Positions 38,569-53,024 of a DNA stretch of 64,000 nt are shown here, one piece after another (the stretch's first letter is position 1; the number at the start of each line of letters is the position of its first letter). The notes beneath the pieces were generated by a model. It was not told the origin of the DNA, ran no database searches, and saw only the letters and a list, made by a program, of their open reading frames with translations. A program made the position numbers and the translations under genes. The stretch lies in NCBI RefSeq assembly GCF_009914755.1, contig NC_060930.1, one strand, 5' to 3'. The stretch comes from the human T2T-CHM13v2.0 reference genome, Homo sapiens.

Positions 38569-41500
38569 TGAAAAAGCAGATTGCAACGAATCAAGTGCTC
38601 CCCAGCTGCTTCTAGAGAGTGAAGCTCCATTATTTCATTTCAATACCATTAATTTCCTACACTTCATCTTTTCATTTTCATTTTCCTTTCTTTTTGTGTA
38701 TACACCTTAAGCTTTTATAAGGCATTTTGTTCAATTATTTATTTTCTCTGTGCTTGGCTTCTTCCACTCCCATTTCCTCCCAAACACACACATCAAACAA
38801 CTTCCTTACTCAGTGATAATGGAATTGGGTATAATGTCACTTTCCTCTGCTGCCTTACTTTTGGAAGAGAAAGCAAGATTAATAGATTATAATCATTTGT
38901 ACATGTTTGTTTTATTTTGCTAAATGGCAGCGTCTTCATAACCTTTTCAGGTTTATGTCAGTAATGTGTTCCCAAGGTCTAAATAATGATGTTTACACAG
39001 TTTGGTATATTAATAGGCTTTCACTTACCATTGCAAAATCTCTATTTGCAATGCTTAACCCTGTATTTTCTGCCTAAGGAGATTAGGGAGTTAGAATGGG
39101 TTTGTCATACTTGGCCAGACATGTCTGTTTTCTTGGTCTGTCTCAAGAAATGGAAATTACACTTTCCCTTTGGTCTATGGTCTACTTAAAGTGTCATAGA
39201 AGAACAAATTGTACTGTGAGTTTGAAATGGCGCAGAGTGTGCATGAATCCAGTGGCACTTGAGGAACAGAAGCTGTTAGAGTAACTGACACCTGCTGTTG
39301 TTGATTAGCATCCTTCCCGTAAGCTGTAGAACTGATGCACTCTTTGGGAATAGGCTAACTGCTTACTGGCTTTACTTTAGTTTCTTAGTTGGAACCAACA
39401 GATGATTTTAAGATTGAAAAAAGAAATGCTTGGGTATATAGCTGGGGATTATGATCAGATCAGCTCCCAGCTTATCCATTTTAAATCTCCATTTAGCCAA
39501 AGCTAAACACATTTTGGATTAGCTGCCTTTTGAGGTTATCTTGGTCCCTGCTGCCTTCCATTAGTATTGACTGTACTTTAATTTTTTAAAAAAAAAATCT
39601 AGTGTCGATTTAGATTGAGGTCTGTGCAGTAAAAAAGGATCACCTTTCCACGTAGGGAAAGAGATTAAGCATCTGGATCATAGAGCTATTTATTAAAACG
39701 GACGATTTCTGCCTAAATCCACATGAACTTATGACTATCAGCATGATTTAAGTAACGAGACTGCTGACTCGGGAAATCAGAGTCTTTTGCCATTCATTGA
39801 CCGACTGAGTTAAGCATAAAACTGAAATGATTTTATGGACCATTCTTTTTGGCAATGTCGATCCTAAATCTGATATGAAATGGGGCTGCCATTACAATTG
39901 TTTTGAAATACAACTAACTGAGTACTTTGAGGGATTTTGCTTTTCATTTTATTTTTTCACCAATGGAGTAGATTCGAATGATGTAGATTGTAAGAGAAGT
40001 TAAAAGACTTTCAATATTGATTCTAAGATGATTTGCTTTTTATTTTTTTATAATTATAGGCATTTGAATATTTTGCAATATTTCTTCATAAATGAACATC
40101 TTTTAAAAAATAAATTCCAGACCTTAGACAACTAACCTAATGGGCTGGGAGAAGTTATTTAAACTTTAGGAACTAGCTACTGTGCAATTCAAGTGAAAGA
40201 AACAATGCCAATAATTCATTAGTGATTGCTAGTGAAACTAAGTTCATTCTACAGAGATGATAAAAACCTGGACTATAAATCCTCAGGCATTTGAAAGTCA
40301 TCATATACTTGTAGAAAGGGAAGAATGTCCTTTCTAAAATTCTACAACTATTTATAAGTAGCAGCTCTTTTTTGGGAGGACATCTTGCTAACTTTTTTTC
40401 ATGACCTTTTATCAGGTAAATGCCTTGAGGATAAATCAGGGCTTCTGAATAATGCTTGCTCACCTACAACAAGATGAAAAATGGTAGGTTCCAAGCTTCA
40501 ACCTATTATTTGTGGCAACTCCATAAGAAACACATGTCTCTGAACATGTCAGCAGTAGCACTCAAAGATGCTCTGTGTTACCTAATTGCTCTTGTACCTT
40601 TTTCTGACTTTGGGATAAGCAGTGGGTATGCCTGTGATGGCACATCCCTACTGACTGCTAAAGCGTGAAATGGTTGCAGTTGTGGTTCCTGCTCTCTATC
40701 CTTTCCCTCACACGCATCCCCTTTCCGGAAGCAGTAGCACTCCACCCTGGTTATAAAAAGGAATGAAGGCCCTGGTAATCATAACTCATAAAGCATGTCA
40801 CATTCTTCCTCTGTCTCTTCTTTTCTCCTATTTTAATTAAAATTGAATTCATGCCTCTCAAATGAGTGGATTCACAGGATGACAGTATCTTTCAATTCTA
40901 AGGGCCATAATGGGAAGTCAGTATTATGCATTGTCTTATCTCCAGTATAACATGGTGGCTGTTTTGACAGGCTTCAGTCAAAATGTGAAGGTCCTCATCA
41001 CCAAACATTCTAGAAATTGGTCCCACACCCCTCAACTCCACTCTCTCCCTGGGTCACTGGTGTCTTTCTCTTCATCCTGTGTTCATCAAAAAGGAAAGAT
41101 AAGGGATGGAGTGTCTACTGCAAACATTGTTGGAGTTTTTAAATACAACATTTTATTTCTAACTTAAATGACTCCAAGATAAAATCAAATTTGCCTAATC
41201 CCAAACCCTCCATTGCCGTGACAGCTACATTAAAATATTATATGCTTGCCCCTAGCACCTACTAAGTGCTCAATAAACATTTACTGAAAGAAAATAAATT
41301 GGATTTAGACACTTGAAAGTTTTTTCTGAAAAAGAGAGTCCACATATTCTGTTGTCATAGAGACTCAAAAATCCATCTTATTTCATGATGAGCCTCAGTT
41401 GTCATAGTTCTCCTTTTCTTCTCCTTCACAAGGCAGTAATTGAGTTTCAGGATGTGGGATTGCTACTAAATATTCGCTTGCAATTTGCATCGAAATGTCA

Positions 41501-41780
41501 AATACATTATTTGGGAATATGCCAGATAACTTAGGAAAGTGTTTAATTTAAAAACCTGCCTGAGGGGAAAAGTAGTCTACATCAAATGAAACAGAGAGCA
41601 CTTGTAGAACTTTTAGAAGTCAGCTGGACAAATGGGATGCTCAGAACTTCAAGAAAGGGCAGGGAAGAAACTCCATCCTAGATGGGGACATGTTGAAGCA
41701 TTTTAAAATATTTCACATTTAAATGCCTGAGCTCTGGCAAAACATTAAAATCAAATTTTCAGGCTATTAAATTTTCTGTC

Positions 41781-42207
41781 TGTATCAGTTTGTTCAGGCT
41801 GTCATAACAAAATACCACAGACTGGGTAGCTTAAGTCAGAGAGATCTATTTCCTCACTGTTCTAGAGGCTAGAAGTCCAAGATCAAGGTGTTACAGGGTT
41901 GGTTTCTTCTGAGGACCATAAGGGAAAGATCTGTTCCAGGCCTCAGTGCTTGGCTTACAGAGAGCCACCTTCTCTCTGGGTCCTCACGGGGTCTTTCTTC
42001 TGTGCACCTGTGTCTCTGAGTGTCCAAATTTTCTCTTCTTACATGGACACTAGTCAGATTGGATTAAGGCCCACTATCAGAATGTCATTTTAACTTAATC
42101 ACCTCATTAAAGGACATATCTCCAAATACAGTCACCTTCTGAGGTACCTGGGGATTAGGGCTTCAACATATGAGTTTGGGAGAGAAACAAGAGAATGGCC
42201 CATAACA
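41781..42207 (-). mobile_element. MLT1B/C-type MaLR LTR
   Basis: TGTATCAGTTTG..GGCTGTCATAACAAAATACCACAGACTGGGTAGCTTAA...GCCCATAACA. Confidence 0.85.
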
Positions 42208-42754
42208 GTGTCGAAGTGAGAAGTTGACTTGCAAACTGATGACATAGGCAGTAAGTAAGCACTGAGTGCCCGCTATGCTGTTTTGATCCACTGAGGGTGG
42301 AACGACACTCACATATAGCGTGTCTCTCATAGGGAAGTCCATAGAGTCACATGGCCATTGTCTTAGATGAAATGGACAGGGATATTCACAAACCCAGTAC
42401 TCTCAACCACTGGCCATTTCTAACATTACCCTGGGGGCTCTCCCCTCCTATGAATTTTCAATACCCTTCAGCTTCTGTGTTGCTGGCTCTGCCTGATTTT
42501 GCATGTGGAAATCTTGGGGTACACATTATTTAAATGTTAGTAACTTGTTTTTACAATGATTCATCTCTCAGTTCTCAACAGGCCAGTTCATGTTGTACCC
42601 TGTATCTGGATGTCCAGGCAGAAGAACTAGGTTTGAGAACCAGCCCCATCAGATACAGATGCTGCAGCTTGAGCAAGGCACTAGGTATCTCTGAAATCAC
42701 AGTTCACTCATCTGTACAGAGGAGAAAAGAGGATGGCCAAGTAGTGTGGGGAAG

Positions 42755-43626
<872 letters not shown>

Positions 43627-43688
43627 GGGGTACTGAATGAGATAATATGGATGAAGTGTAATTATGCAATAAAGGCTTAATTAAAGTA

Positions 43689-44130
43689 CAATTGTCCCTT
43701 GATATCCATAGGGGATTGGTTCCAAGCGTCCCCTTGGGTACCAAAATTTACAAATTCTCAGGTTCCTTATATAAAATGGCATGGTATTTTCATATAACCT
43801 ACGCATATCCTCCCATATATTTTAAATCATCTCTAGATTACTTATAATACCCAGTACAATGTAAATGCTATGTAAGTAGTTTTATACTGTATTGGTCTTT
43901 TCTCCTTGTATTATTTTTATTGTTATATTGTTATTTTTTATGGATTTTAAAACAATATTTTCAATCTACAGTTGGTTGAATCTGTGGTTGTAGAAGAGTG
44001 GAGGGATTTTTTTTACTTGTATTATTTTTATTGTTATATTGTTATTTTTTATAGATTTTAAAATAATATTTTCAAACCACAGTTGGTTGAATCTGTGGAT
44101 GTGGAACCCATGGTTGTGGAGGGCTGACTA
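43689..44130 (+). mobile_element. MER2 (Tigger2-derived) DNA transposon with internal duplication
   Basis: TA-flanked CAATTGTCCCTTGATATCCATAGGGGATTGGTTCC...CCCATGGTTGTGGAGGGCTGACTA termini. Confidence 0.85.
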
Positions 44131-44509
44131 TAAATTTTAATGATGTTTCTTGCAATTTTACGGTTGAATTTTAACCAAACTACTCCTTCCCTTCACACCC
44201 ACCTCCTCTTCACACACACACATGATTAAAAATAACATGCAAAGGCATAGAAACAACCAACATACACAATTCCTTTCATTTACTTAAAGCCTTGAGATTA
44301 TGGAAGAAGGCCCAAAATGAAGTCCCTAAACAAAGCCAGGAGGGGGCGACCTCCTGGCCTAAATAGTCCTGGCATATTTCAGGAGTAAAATTGGAGGGGA
44401 TGGGGTCTTGGGAAGGAGATTTGATTTTATCGGGCTTATGTGTCAGTCAGTGCTTCTCAGTCCCCCAGGTTCACTGGGCAGGCTTGAACCTTGACTGGGT
44501 CCCTGCGAG

Positions 44510-45310
44510 GCCTGGTGTGTAGATCACAGACTGGAGTCAGATGATGTGGGTTCAAATCCTGACTCTGCCATTTTCTAGCTGCAGGAACTGGGCAAGTTAA
44601 TTAACCCCTGTAAGCCTCAATTTTCTCATCTGTTAAATGAGAATACAAATAGCATCTACCCAAAAGGTTGTCATGAAGATTACCTGCAATAATCTACATG
44701 AGTATAGAGTGTTTATATAGCACCAGGCTAAGCTTATTAAGATAAGCTTTTAATAAAGTAATGTTAACTATTAATGTCATCACTGGAGTTAGTACTCACA
44801 CATCACTATTCTTTTCTCTGATCACTTTCTCTCCTTGTCTTACCTCTGCCCAATATGCATATCAAATAAATGTATATTAATTCAGTGGAAGTTGTTTCAA
44901 CATATTCAAATGGTCTGGAAATGCTTCTGTTCTCTTTTACTCCTTTTATGTATGGGTGATCAGATACCCAAGGAGGATCAGGAGTCAGTTGGGAAATGGA
45001 AGAAGAAAGAGACAGAGGACTGTGGTAGAAGGATCATTGGTTTGAGTGTCTAGGACTTTGGGGAAGAGAGGCAGCTGAGTGTACTGACCAGTTTACCTTC
45101 TCTGGAGCCAGACTGAATGTAAATCCCTTCTCCACTTTCCCAGCTGTGTGATCCAAGTCAAGTTACCTAACCTCTCTCAGCCTTGGTTGCCTTCTTACAG
45201 AGAAAGGGATGGCGATAATGATATTTTATAGTGTTATTAGGAGGACTTGATTAGTTAATATTTAGAAGACATTTATATCAGTACTGTGTATAAACAGAAT
45301 ATAAATGTTG
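44510..45310 (+). mobile_element. Two MIR copies (~44510-44760 and ~45100-45310)
   Basis: GGGTTCAAATCCTGACTCTGCCA...TTTCTCATCTG; CAGCTGTGTGATCC..CAAGTTACCTAACCTCTCT. Confidence 0.75.
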
Positions 45311-46699
45311 TTTAATTTTTTAAATGTCCAGAATAGGTGCTGGAAACCGAGTAGTAGCAGCAAAGCTGAAGTCAAAGTTAACTATAGACTAGACATTGAG
45401 AAGATATGAGTTATCTGTCCTGAGGGAAGTGATATTACTTTTCCTAACCTTGGGGACCACAGAGCTTCTCTCCAGCTTTAACATGCTCTGAATCATTGTC
45501 TTGGTAATGATCAGGATTATGCCTTGCTCAGGAAATATTGGTTATTTAGTTGCTTTGGAAAATGTGACAGGAAGCTAGAATTTAAGTTTTACAAACATAA
45601 CCCTAAAAATTATTTCAAACTCTGAGCCCATTTTCTAGCTGCTTACAGGTTACACCTCATAGTTGGGCCAGTATTTTAACTGCATTCTTCTTGTTAACAA
45701 CTTCTATATTTTTTCCTTTGTACTCTCACCAAGAAAAAATAGCAGAATTATGAGCTCCTTCGCACTCTGGTTTGGAGATGTTTGGGAGTCTGCAAGCCCT
45801 GAGAATACTTAAATTAAAATGATGGTTTCAAAAATAGGCCCATTGAAACATGGAAATGTGTTTCTCTCTTCACATTTCTGTTTTCCTTTTTTATTCTGTG
45901 GGTTGCTGTCCACAGCAGGATGAACTGAGAAAGGCCATCAAGAGGTGGTCTTTGTAGATTTTTCTCCCCTACCATCTTAAAGAAACTGTTGCTTTCCAAA
46001 GTGTAGAACTGTTAGTATAGTTCGATGACCTTTCATCACAAGAATACTTAAAGTATTGTTTTTAAATGCGGTGACAAGGGATGGAGAACAAACAGTTTTT
46101 CAGAGGGATTTTCCTGGAAAAGCTGTGAACTGACTGGGGTTAACGTCCAAAGGTAATGGTCTCTCCCAGCGGGTCATTAATTCCCAGGAATTGGCCTGTG
46201 CCTCAATTGCTATTGCTTAAGTAAACAATAAATAACATCACACAGATATGTAATGAACTATAAAATGACCACTTCTCAACCTGCATTGTAGATATGCCTG
46301 CAGCACATTCAAGACTGCCTTCTATTAATCACCTCCCCAACTTGATTGATTAGTTTCCATCAGCACCCTGTCCCCTATTTTCTTTTAAAATAGATTAATT
46401 TCATACTGGTGAGGTCAGAGAATAAAAGCATGAATGTTAGGCCCAGTAAAAAATGGTGTCTGTGCTAAGTATTTGACTTTTTTTTTCTCTCTCTCTCATT
46501 TTTTCTCTTGCACTTTCTGCTACTCTGCAGCAATTAGTTATAACTCGCATCATGCCCCAATAATACCAAGATTTGTGCCGATGACATTGGTTAATGGAAA
46601 CTGAATGAGTCTTTCAAGGGCAAGGATTATTTTAATTATGTTAATAATATAAGGGTTCCTGATCCGTCCACCCACTCCACTGTCATTTCTCAGTCATTT

Positions 46700-48180
46700 C
46701 GCTTGACCTTTCAGAAGTTCTTAACCCATCTGATTATTTCCTTCCACGAAACTATTTGCTTGGCCTCCACTCTCTCCTGGTTTTCTTCCTACCTCATTTG
46801 CCACTCCTCAGTCTCTTCTTTTAGCTCTCTTTTTTAAAAAAGTTGTAAAATGCACACAACACGAAGTTTACCATTTTAACCTTCTAAGTGTGCAATTCAG
46901 TGGCATTAAGTACATTCACAATGTTGTGTAACAGTCCCCACTGTCTACTTTCAAAACTTTTTATCACCTAAAATAGAAACTGTAACCTTTAAGTAATAAT
47001 TTCCCATTCCTCCTTCTTCCAGCCCTTGGTAACCTCTCCTTCTATCTTTATGAAATTTGCTAGATACCTCATATACGTGGAATCATACAATATTTGTGTG
47101 TTTCATTCTGGGTTATTTCACTTAGTATAATGTATTCAAGATTCACCATGTTGTAGCATGCACCAGAACTTCATTTCTTTTTATGGCTGAAAATATTCCA
47201 TTGTATGTATATAGCCCATCATATTTACCCATTTATCTCTTGATGGACATTTGGTTGTTTCCACCTTTTGGCTATTGTTAATAATGCTGATATGGACGTG
47301 GATGTATAAATGGAGTAGAATTACTCAGTCATATGGTAATGATATTTTTAACTTTTTTAAAGGAACTGCAAAACTGTTTTCCGCAGTTACTTTTTCACAG
47401 TTTTACATTCTTACCAGCAATGCACTAGAGTTCCAACTTCTGTACATCCTAACAATTGTTATTTTTTTATAGTAGCCAACCCAGAGGGTGTGGGGTTCTC
47501 GTCGTTAGTTCTATCTTGTCTTCCAAACTTGTCATCACTGAAGCACCTGAGGACTCAGTCTCCCTGTCTTCCCTTTCCCATCTATTTCTATCCCTTTGGT
47601 GATCTCCTCCAGCCCCCTGGCTTTAAATACCATGGACATACTGATGTATATTGCTAGCCCCTACCTCCTGCCAGACTCTAGGCTTCTCACTGCTGTTGCC
47701 TGGTGGGCATTTCTACTTGGATGTTCAGTAGGCACCTCAACCTTAAAATGTCCAAAACCGAAGGCAGATTCCAAGCCCCTCATCCCTTGCCCACCATGAA
47801 CCTGGTTCTCCCACAGACTGCACTTATCTGTCAATGGCATCTCCATTCTACCTGGTTCTCAGGCTCCAAACCTTGGATTCATCCCTTCCTTTTCTCTTTT
47901 CCTTTCTTTCTACATACACCAGCAAATTAAGTTGGTTCTACTTGCAAAATTAACACAGAGCTTTGATTGGGTCTTGGTTCAAATGTTACCTGCAGAAGGA
48001 CAACCTCTCCAAGTTAAACAGCCCCTGCTCCCTCCCTCTCCATTCCCTTATCTGCTCTATTCTTCAGAGTACTTGACATCATATATATGTAAGTTTCATA
48101 TCCTGCACCATCATGTGAGGGCAGGAACTTACTTGGTATGTTTTCTGGTTTGTCTCCTTTGCCTGAAAGAGTACTGATTT
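46700..48180 (+). mobile_element. L2 LINE interrupted by an L1 3' fragment
   Basis: GGCTTTAAATACCAT...TCTACTTGGATGTTCAGTAGGCACCTCAACCTTAAAATGTCCAAAACCGAA is characteristic of L2 ORF2. Confidence 0.75.
46830..47495 (-). mobile_element. L1MB-type 3' end
   Basis: AAGTGTGCAATTCAGTGGCATTAAGTACATTCACAATGTTGTG...GATGGACATTTGGTTGTTTCCACCTTTTGGCTATTG. Confidence 0.85.
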
Positions 48181-48817
48181 CTCTAAAAAAAATTGATGAG
48201 TACAGGATAAGTGGAAGATACAGTGTCTGCCCCTGAGGAAGCAATGAAATCAAGACTCTATATATGAAGCAACTAAAAACAGGAAGCCCGCTTGGATTTT
48301 TTTCGGGGAAAATGGATTTTTTTTTTTTTTCCAAATAAATCCTACCTCATCATGTGACCAAAACATGTCTATTTGAGTTGAAAGTGTTTTTGCCATGTTA
48401 GACACTTTCCTGCTAAGAGACAGGATATTGAGCAAACTTCTTAATAAGTTAGTGTTGCTATTTTATTTATATATGTATATATACCTACACATATACACAC
48501 ACACATTATTTTGCTGTGGCTACTTTTAATTTTATAGAATCCATTTTTGTTGAGGCCCTCCTCATAGGCAGTTATTTTTCCTTGAAACTGCTGCTAGTTT
48601 GCTAAGAATTTTGTCCTGAGTAAGAGAGGGTGAAATGCTGCTAGTATAATATGAAATGCATTTTATGAGTTAAAAATTGATCACATATAAATAATAAATA
48701 ATTGTATTAGTATGACCACAGAACTTTAAAAATGTTCTTAGCATTAGAGATTCTATTGAAAGTTCCTTGAAGACAAAACAATGCCCTGAGCAGCTCTACA
48801 TTCTTCTCAATGCCTGA

Positions 48818-48991
<174 letters not shown>

Positions 48992-49531
48992 TGAAGGTTT
49001 CAAATATTTTCAGCACAAGACAATTACACTATCTCTTTGTTCCTCCTGGAGAGATAGCACTATATGTATACTGAAGGGAAGATGGATGTGGGCTCAAGGT
49101 CTGGCATTTGCCAGCTGTGTGGCTTTGAGGAAATCATTTCTGACAATTTTTGGCACTGTGAAGTACTTCCCTGTTAGTAGCAAAAGGAATATAAGGCTCT
49201 CAGCACTTCCTGCTTCCATAGAGTAGGCCTATAGTCCTATAGTAAGTAAATTATAAATTGTGATAGATATTAGTTGTTGTTGTTGTTACATCTCTTCTTA
49301 TAATGTTTCATTTTCATAGAATAAAAGAGTCATAGAAAATATAAACACATACTTTAAGCCTGATTCAGGTCAAATTAAATAAGCTTTTGAGCTCCTGCTA
49401 TTCCAGCCACTGAGCTGGACATCCAGCCAGGCATCTCTGCATGTTTTGTCTCATTCAATTTTATTTTTCTTAGATCACAGTATCCTGATGTAAAGATTCT
49501 CTCAGAATTTCCATCAATGTATAACTTAATT

Positions 49532-49834
49532 CTTTTTTTTTTTTTTAAGACAGAGTCTCGCTCTGTCACCTGTCCCCCAGGCTGGAGCACAGTGGTGTGA
49601 TCTTGGCTCGCTGCAATGTCTGCCTCCTGAGTTCAAGCAATTCTCCTGCCTCAGCCTCCCAAGTAGCTTGGATTATAGATGCCCGCCACCACCCCTGGCT
49701 AATTTTTGTATTTTTAGTAGGGACAGGATTTCACCATGTTGACCAGGCTGGTCTCGAATTCCTGACCTCAGGTGATCCGCCCATCTTGGCATCCCAAAGT
49801 GTTGGGATTACAGGCGTGAGCCACTGCACCGGGC
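49532..49834 (-). mobile_element. AluSx-like
   Basis: Full Alu; TSD AACTTAATTCTT. Confidence 0.93.
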
Positions 49835-50479
49835 CTATAAACTTAATTCTTGAATTATATTTTAAAGTTTAAAACTCCTTAAAGAAATATTCCATGAGTG
49901 AAATATGGATCAGTGTTTCAAAACCAAAGCATTTGACTCAGTAATGTTTGAGGAATTATTGATTTCTATACATGAATGAAATGGGAAATCTTACGTTCAG
50001 ATAGGTTTAATTAATATTTTTCTAGAGTGACATATTTGCTACCAAAATTTAAAAATAATTTAACTTTTTCATATAATAAATGTCTTTTAAAAAGTGGAAG
50101 CTACTTATGGAAAAATATAACAATTTGTTTTTTGAACTTTTTAAAACTTGATGACCTGTTTTGGGACTTGAGACCTTGCTGAGCCTGACATGCTAATTCT
50201 TTGATTTATTCAAATACTCTTTAGATACTTCATTGTTATTCATAAAATATGTTTAGCCTTTGTTACATGTAATGAAATAATTCACATTATTTAAGTTCAG
50301 GAAAAGAAAAAAATACAATTTGAGTGTTGCTGGGCAGCAAAGAGCAAAGGAGAGACACATACAATATACATACTCAATGTTTTCTTAGTTTTTTTGTTTT
50401 TTAATTGTCCTAATTTTAGGCAATGAAAAATAATTTTGTCATCTGCCTCAAATTTTTGTTTCGATGGTTGGTTTGGTTT

Positions 50480-50702
50480 TGGATTTGTTTTTTTTTTTTT
50501 TGAGACAGGGTCTCATTTTGTCATCCAAGCTAGAGTGCAATGGCTTGATCACAGCTCACTGCAGTCTCCACCTCTCAGACTCAAGTGATCCTCCTACCTC
50601 AGCCTTCTGAGTAGCTGGAACTACAGGGACGTGCCACCATTCCTGGCTAATTTAAAAAAAAAATTGTAGAGACAGGGTCTCACTATATGTTTTCCAGGTT
50701 GG
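50480..50702 (-). mobile_element. 5'-truncated AluJ
   Basis: GATCACAGCTCACTGCAG...CTCAAGTGATCCTCC. Confidence 0.88.
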
Positions 50703-51097
50703 TGATGTGCCTTACATTTAATGTTGCCTCTGAGACCTTAAGAGCAAACTTTCCTGTTTTACTTAAATCTAGGTACATCATTTGAAACCCATTTGAAAGC
50801 TCCTGGTGACTTATTTAGCTTAATGATGTTCATCTTACTGAGAAGCAAACTCACAGAGCTTTCCTTATTCCACCAAATGTTGACAGAGTTCCGGTTCAGT
50901 TCTGCCACTTTCTAGTGCTGTGACCTTGGGCAAGAACCTAGTTGCTCAGAGCCTCAGTTTCTTCATCTGTAAATAGGGGTAATAACAGAAGCACCCTCAC
51001 AGAATTCACGTTAGGATTAAATGGATGTATATATTTAAAATATTAGTATATCTACTATAGTATTATAATTTGTATATATAATGTATATAATTTGTGT

Positions 51098-51099
<2 letters not shown>

Positions 51100-51138
<39 letters not shown>
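51100..51138 (+). repeat. (CA)n microsatellite within a MIR
   Basis: About 19 CA units; MIR core at 50890-51040. Confidence 0.92.
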
Positions 51139-51139
<1 letters not shown>

Positions 51140-52705
51140 CTTGGAAATAGGGCCACCATTTAATATGTGCTCTGTAAATATTAACTATAAAATTGATGGT
51201 GGTTGTGGTGGTGGTGGTCCTCAGCCTCCCAGGATATCAAAAAGGAATTAAAGGAATGTTTTGTCATTTTTAAGAATCTATCATGATGGGTAAAGGGACA
51301 ATATGGAGTGGTAGACAATATGTAGTGGAAGTGAGTTTTAATTTTATTACCAAAGCGTATGTATGTTCTTTAAAAAAGTCATTCCAGGAGCTGATGGTGC
51401 AATACATTCCAGTTTAACCATTCTATTTCATAAAATCTTTCTGTGTTCCTTGAGATCAGGAAAAAAAAAAAAAACTAAAAAGAATAAATGACCAGAAGTT
51501 ATACTTTGTAGGAGGTCAAAGAAAATAAATATGTTCAGTACTAGGCTTAAAGGTTGAAAAAGGTTCATTTAAATGGCTCCACTTAGAGAATATGACAAAG
51601 CTCCAACACTTCCTGTCAGGCACAGTATTTCATGCTTAAAAGTTGCGTTCAGATACATTCTTTCTTCACTCTCATCTATCCCGTATAAATGGTTGCCAGT
51701 TATCTGCACACAATGGCAGCTTGACAGAAGGATATGACTATATGAACATGCCATCCAAGTTAATGATGCCATGGATTATAATGCAATAAAATCATAATCC
51801 ATCTCTGCTCCTAGTGCAGTGCTTTTTAATTCAGCCATGACATCCTATATGGAGATGTTTATCCTGCACTTCTCCCAGGCTGTGGGAATTATTCTCCTGC
51901 AGTCAGCAGGGGACTATCTGATGATTCACCAATAGGGTAGTATCAGCACTGGCGATTAAAAGGATTACTTATTTGCTTACTCAGGAAGGATTAATGGCAG
52001 AGAGCAAAAGCTTTGTTTAAAAATCATGTGCCCTGACTTCCTGGAGCTTAAAGAAAAGAGTCTAAAAGGTATTATACCATTTTATGAAGAAGCATTTTAT
52101 TCAAAAATTAAAATCTTGATCCACAAAATGGTCCCTTACTGATGAATTGTGAGCTAGCATTAAACAAATAATCATTTTCTAGTAATATGCTCCCATTGTA
52201 TTTCGGCATTTCTGTAATCCAGGGTCTGTTGGAACTGTTTTATTCTAGCTGGTTATTTAGGGAGATGATTTTTGTGTCTGTAATTGAAGTCTAAAATATG
52301 GAACTTAATCATATACTAAAATAAATCAACAAGATTAAAAGAGTGTTTAATTCTTGTGATGACTGGGGACTTCTCATTTTAGTGTATCTTTAAGATTTCC
52401 CTTTATAAATAATACAAATCTTCATATTATTTTTTGTTTTCCTTGTTTAAAACAATAAGCATAGCAGAAATTGCAATGTTTTGTGTGACCTAAATATTAC
52501 TTGATGGCAGTTATTAAGTCTTATACTCTCTATGTGAGATCTCAAATTTGAAAAATTCTCAGGATCTGGCTGTTATAACCACTGTTGGTATTAAAAATAT
52601 TAATGATAATAATATACGAGAACATCAACCAGCATTGGACCTCAAAATACATCAGACCTGATCTAAAATCTACTCCTTTGTGAAATTTTCAATGTTGAAA
52701 ATACA

Positions 52706-53024
<319 letters not shown>

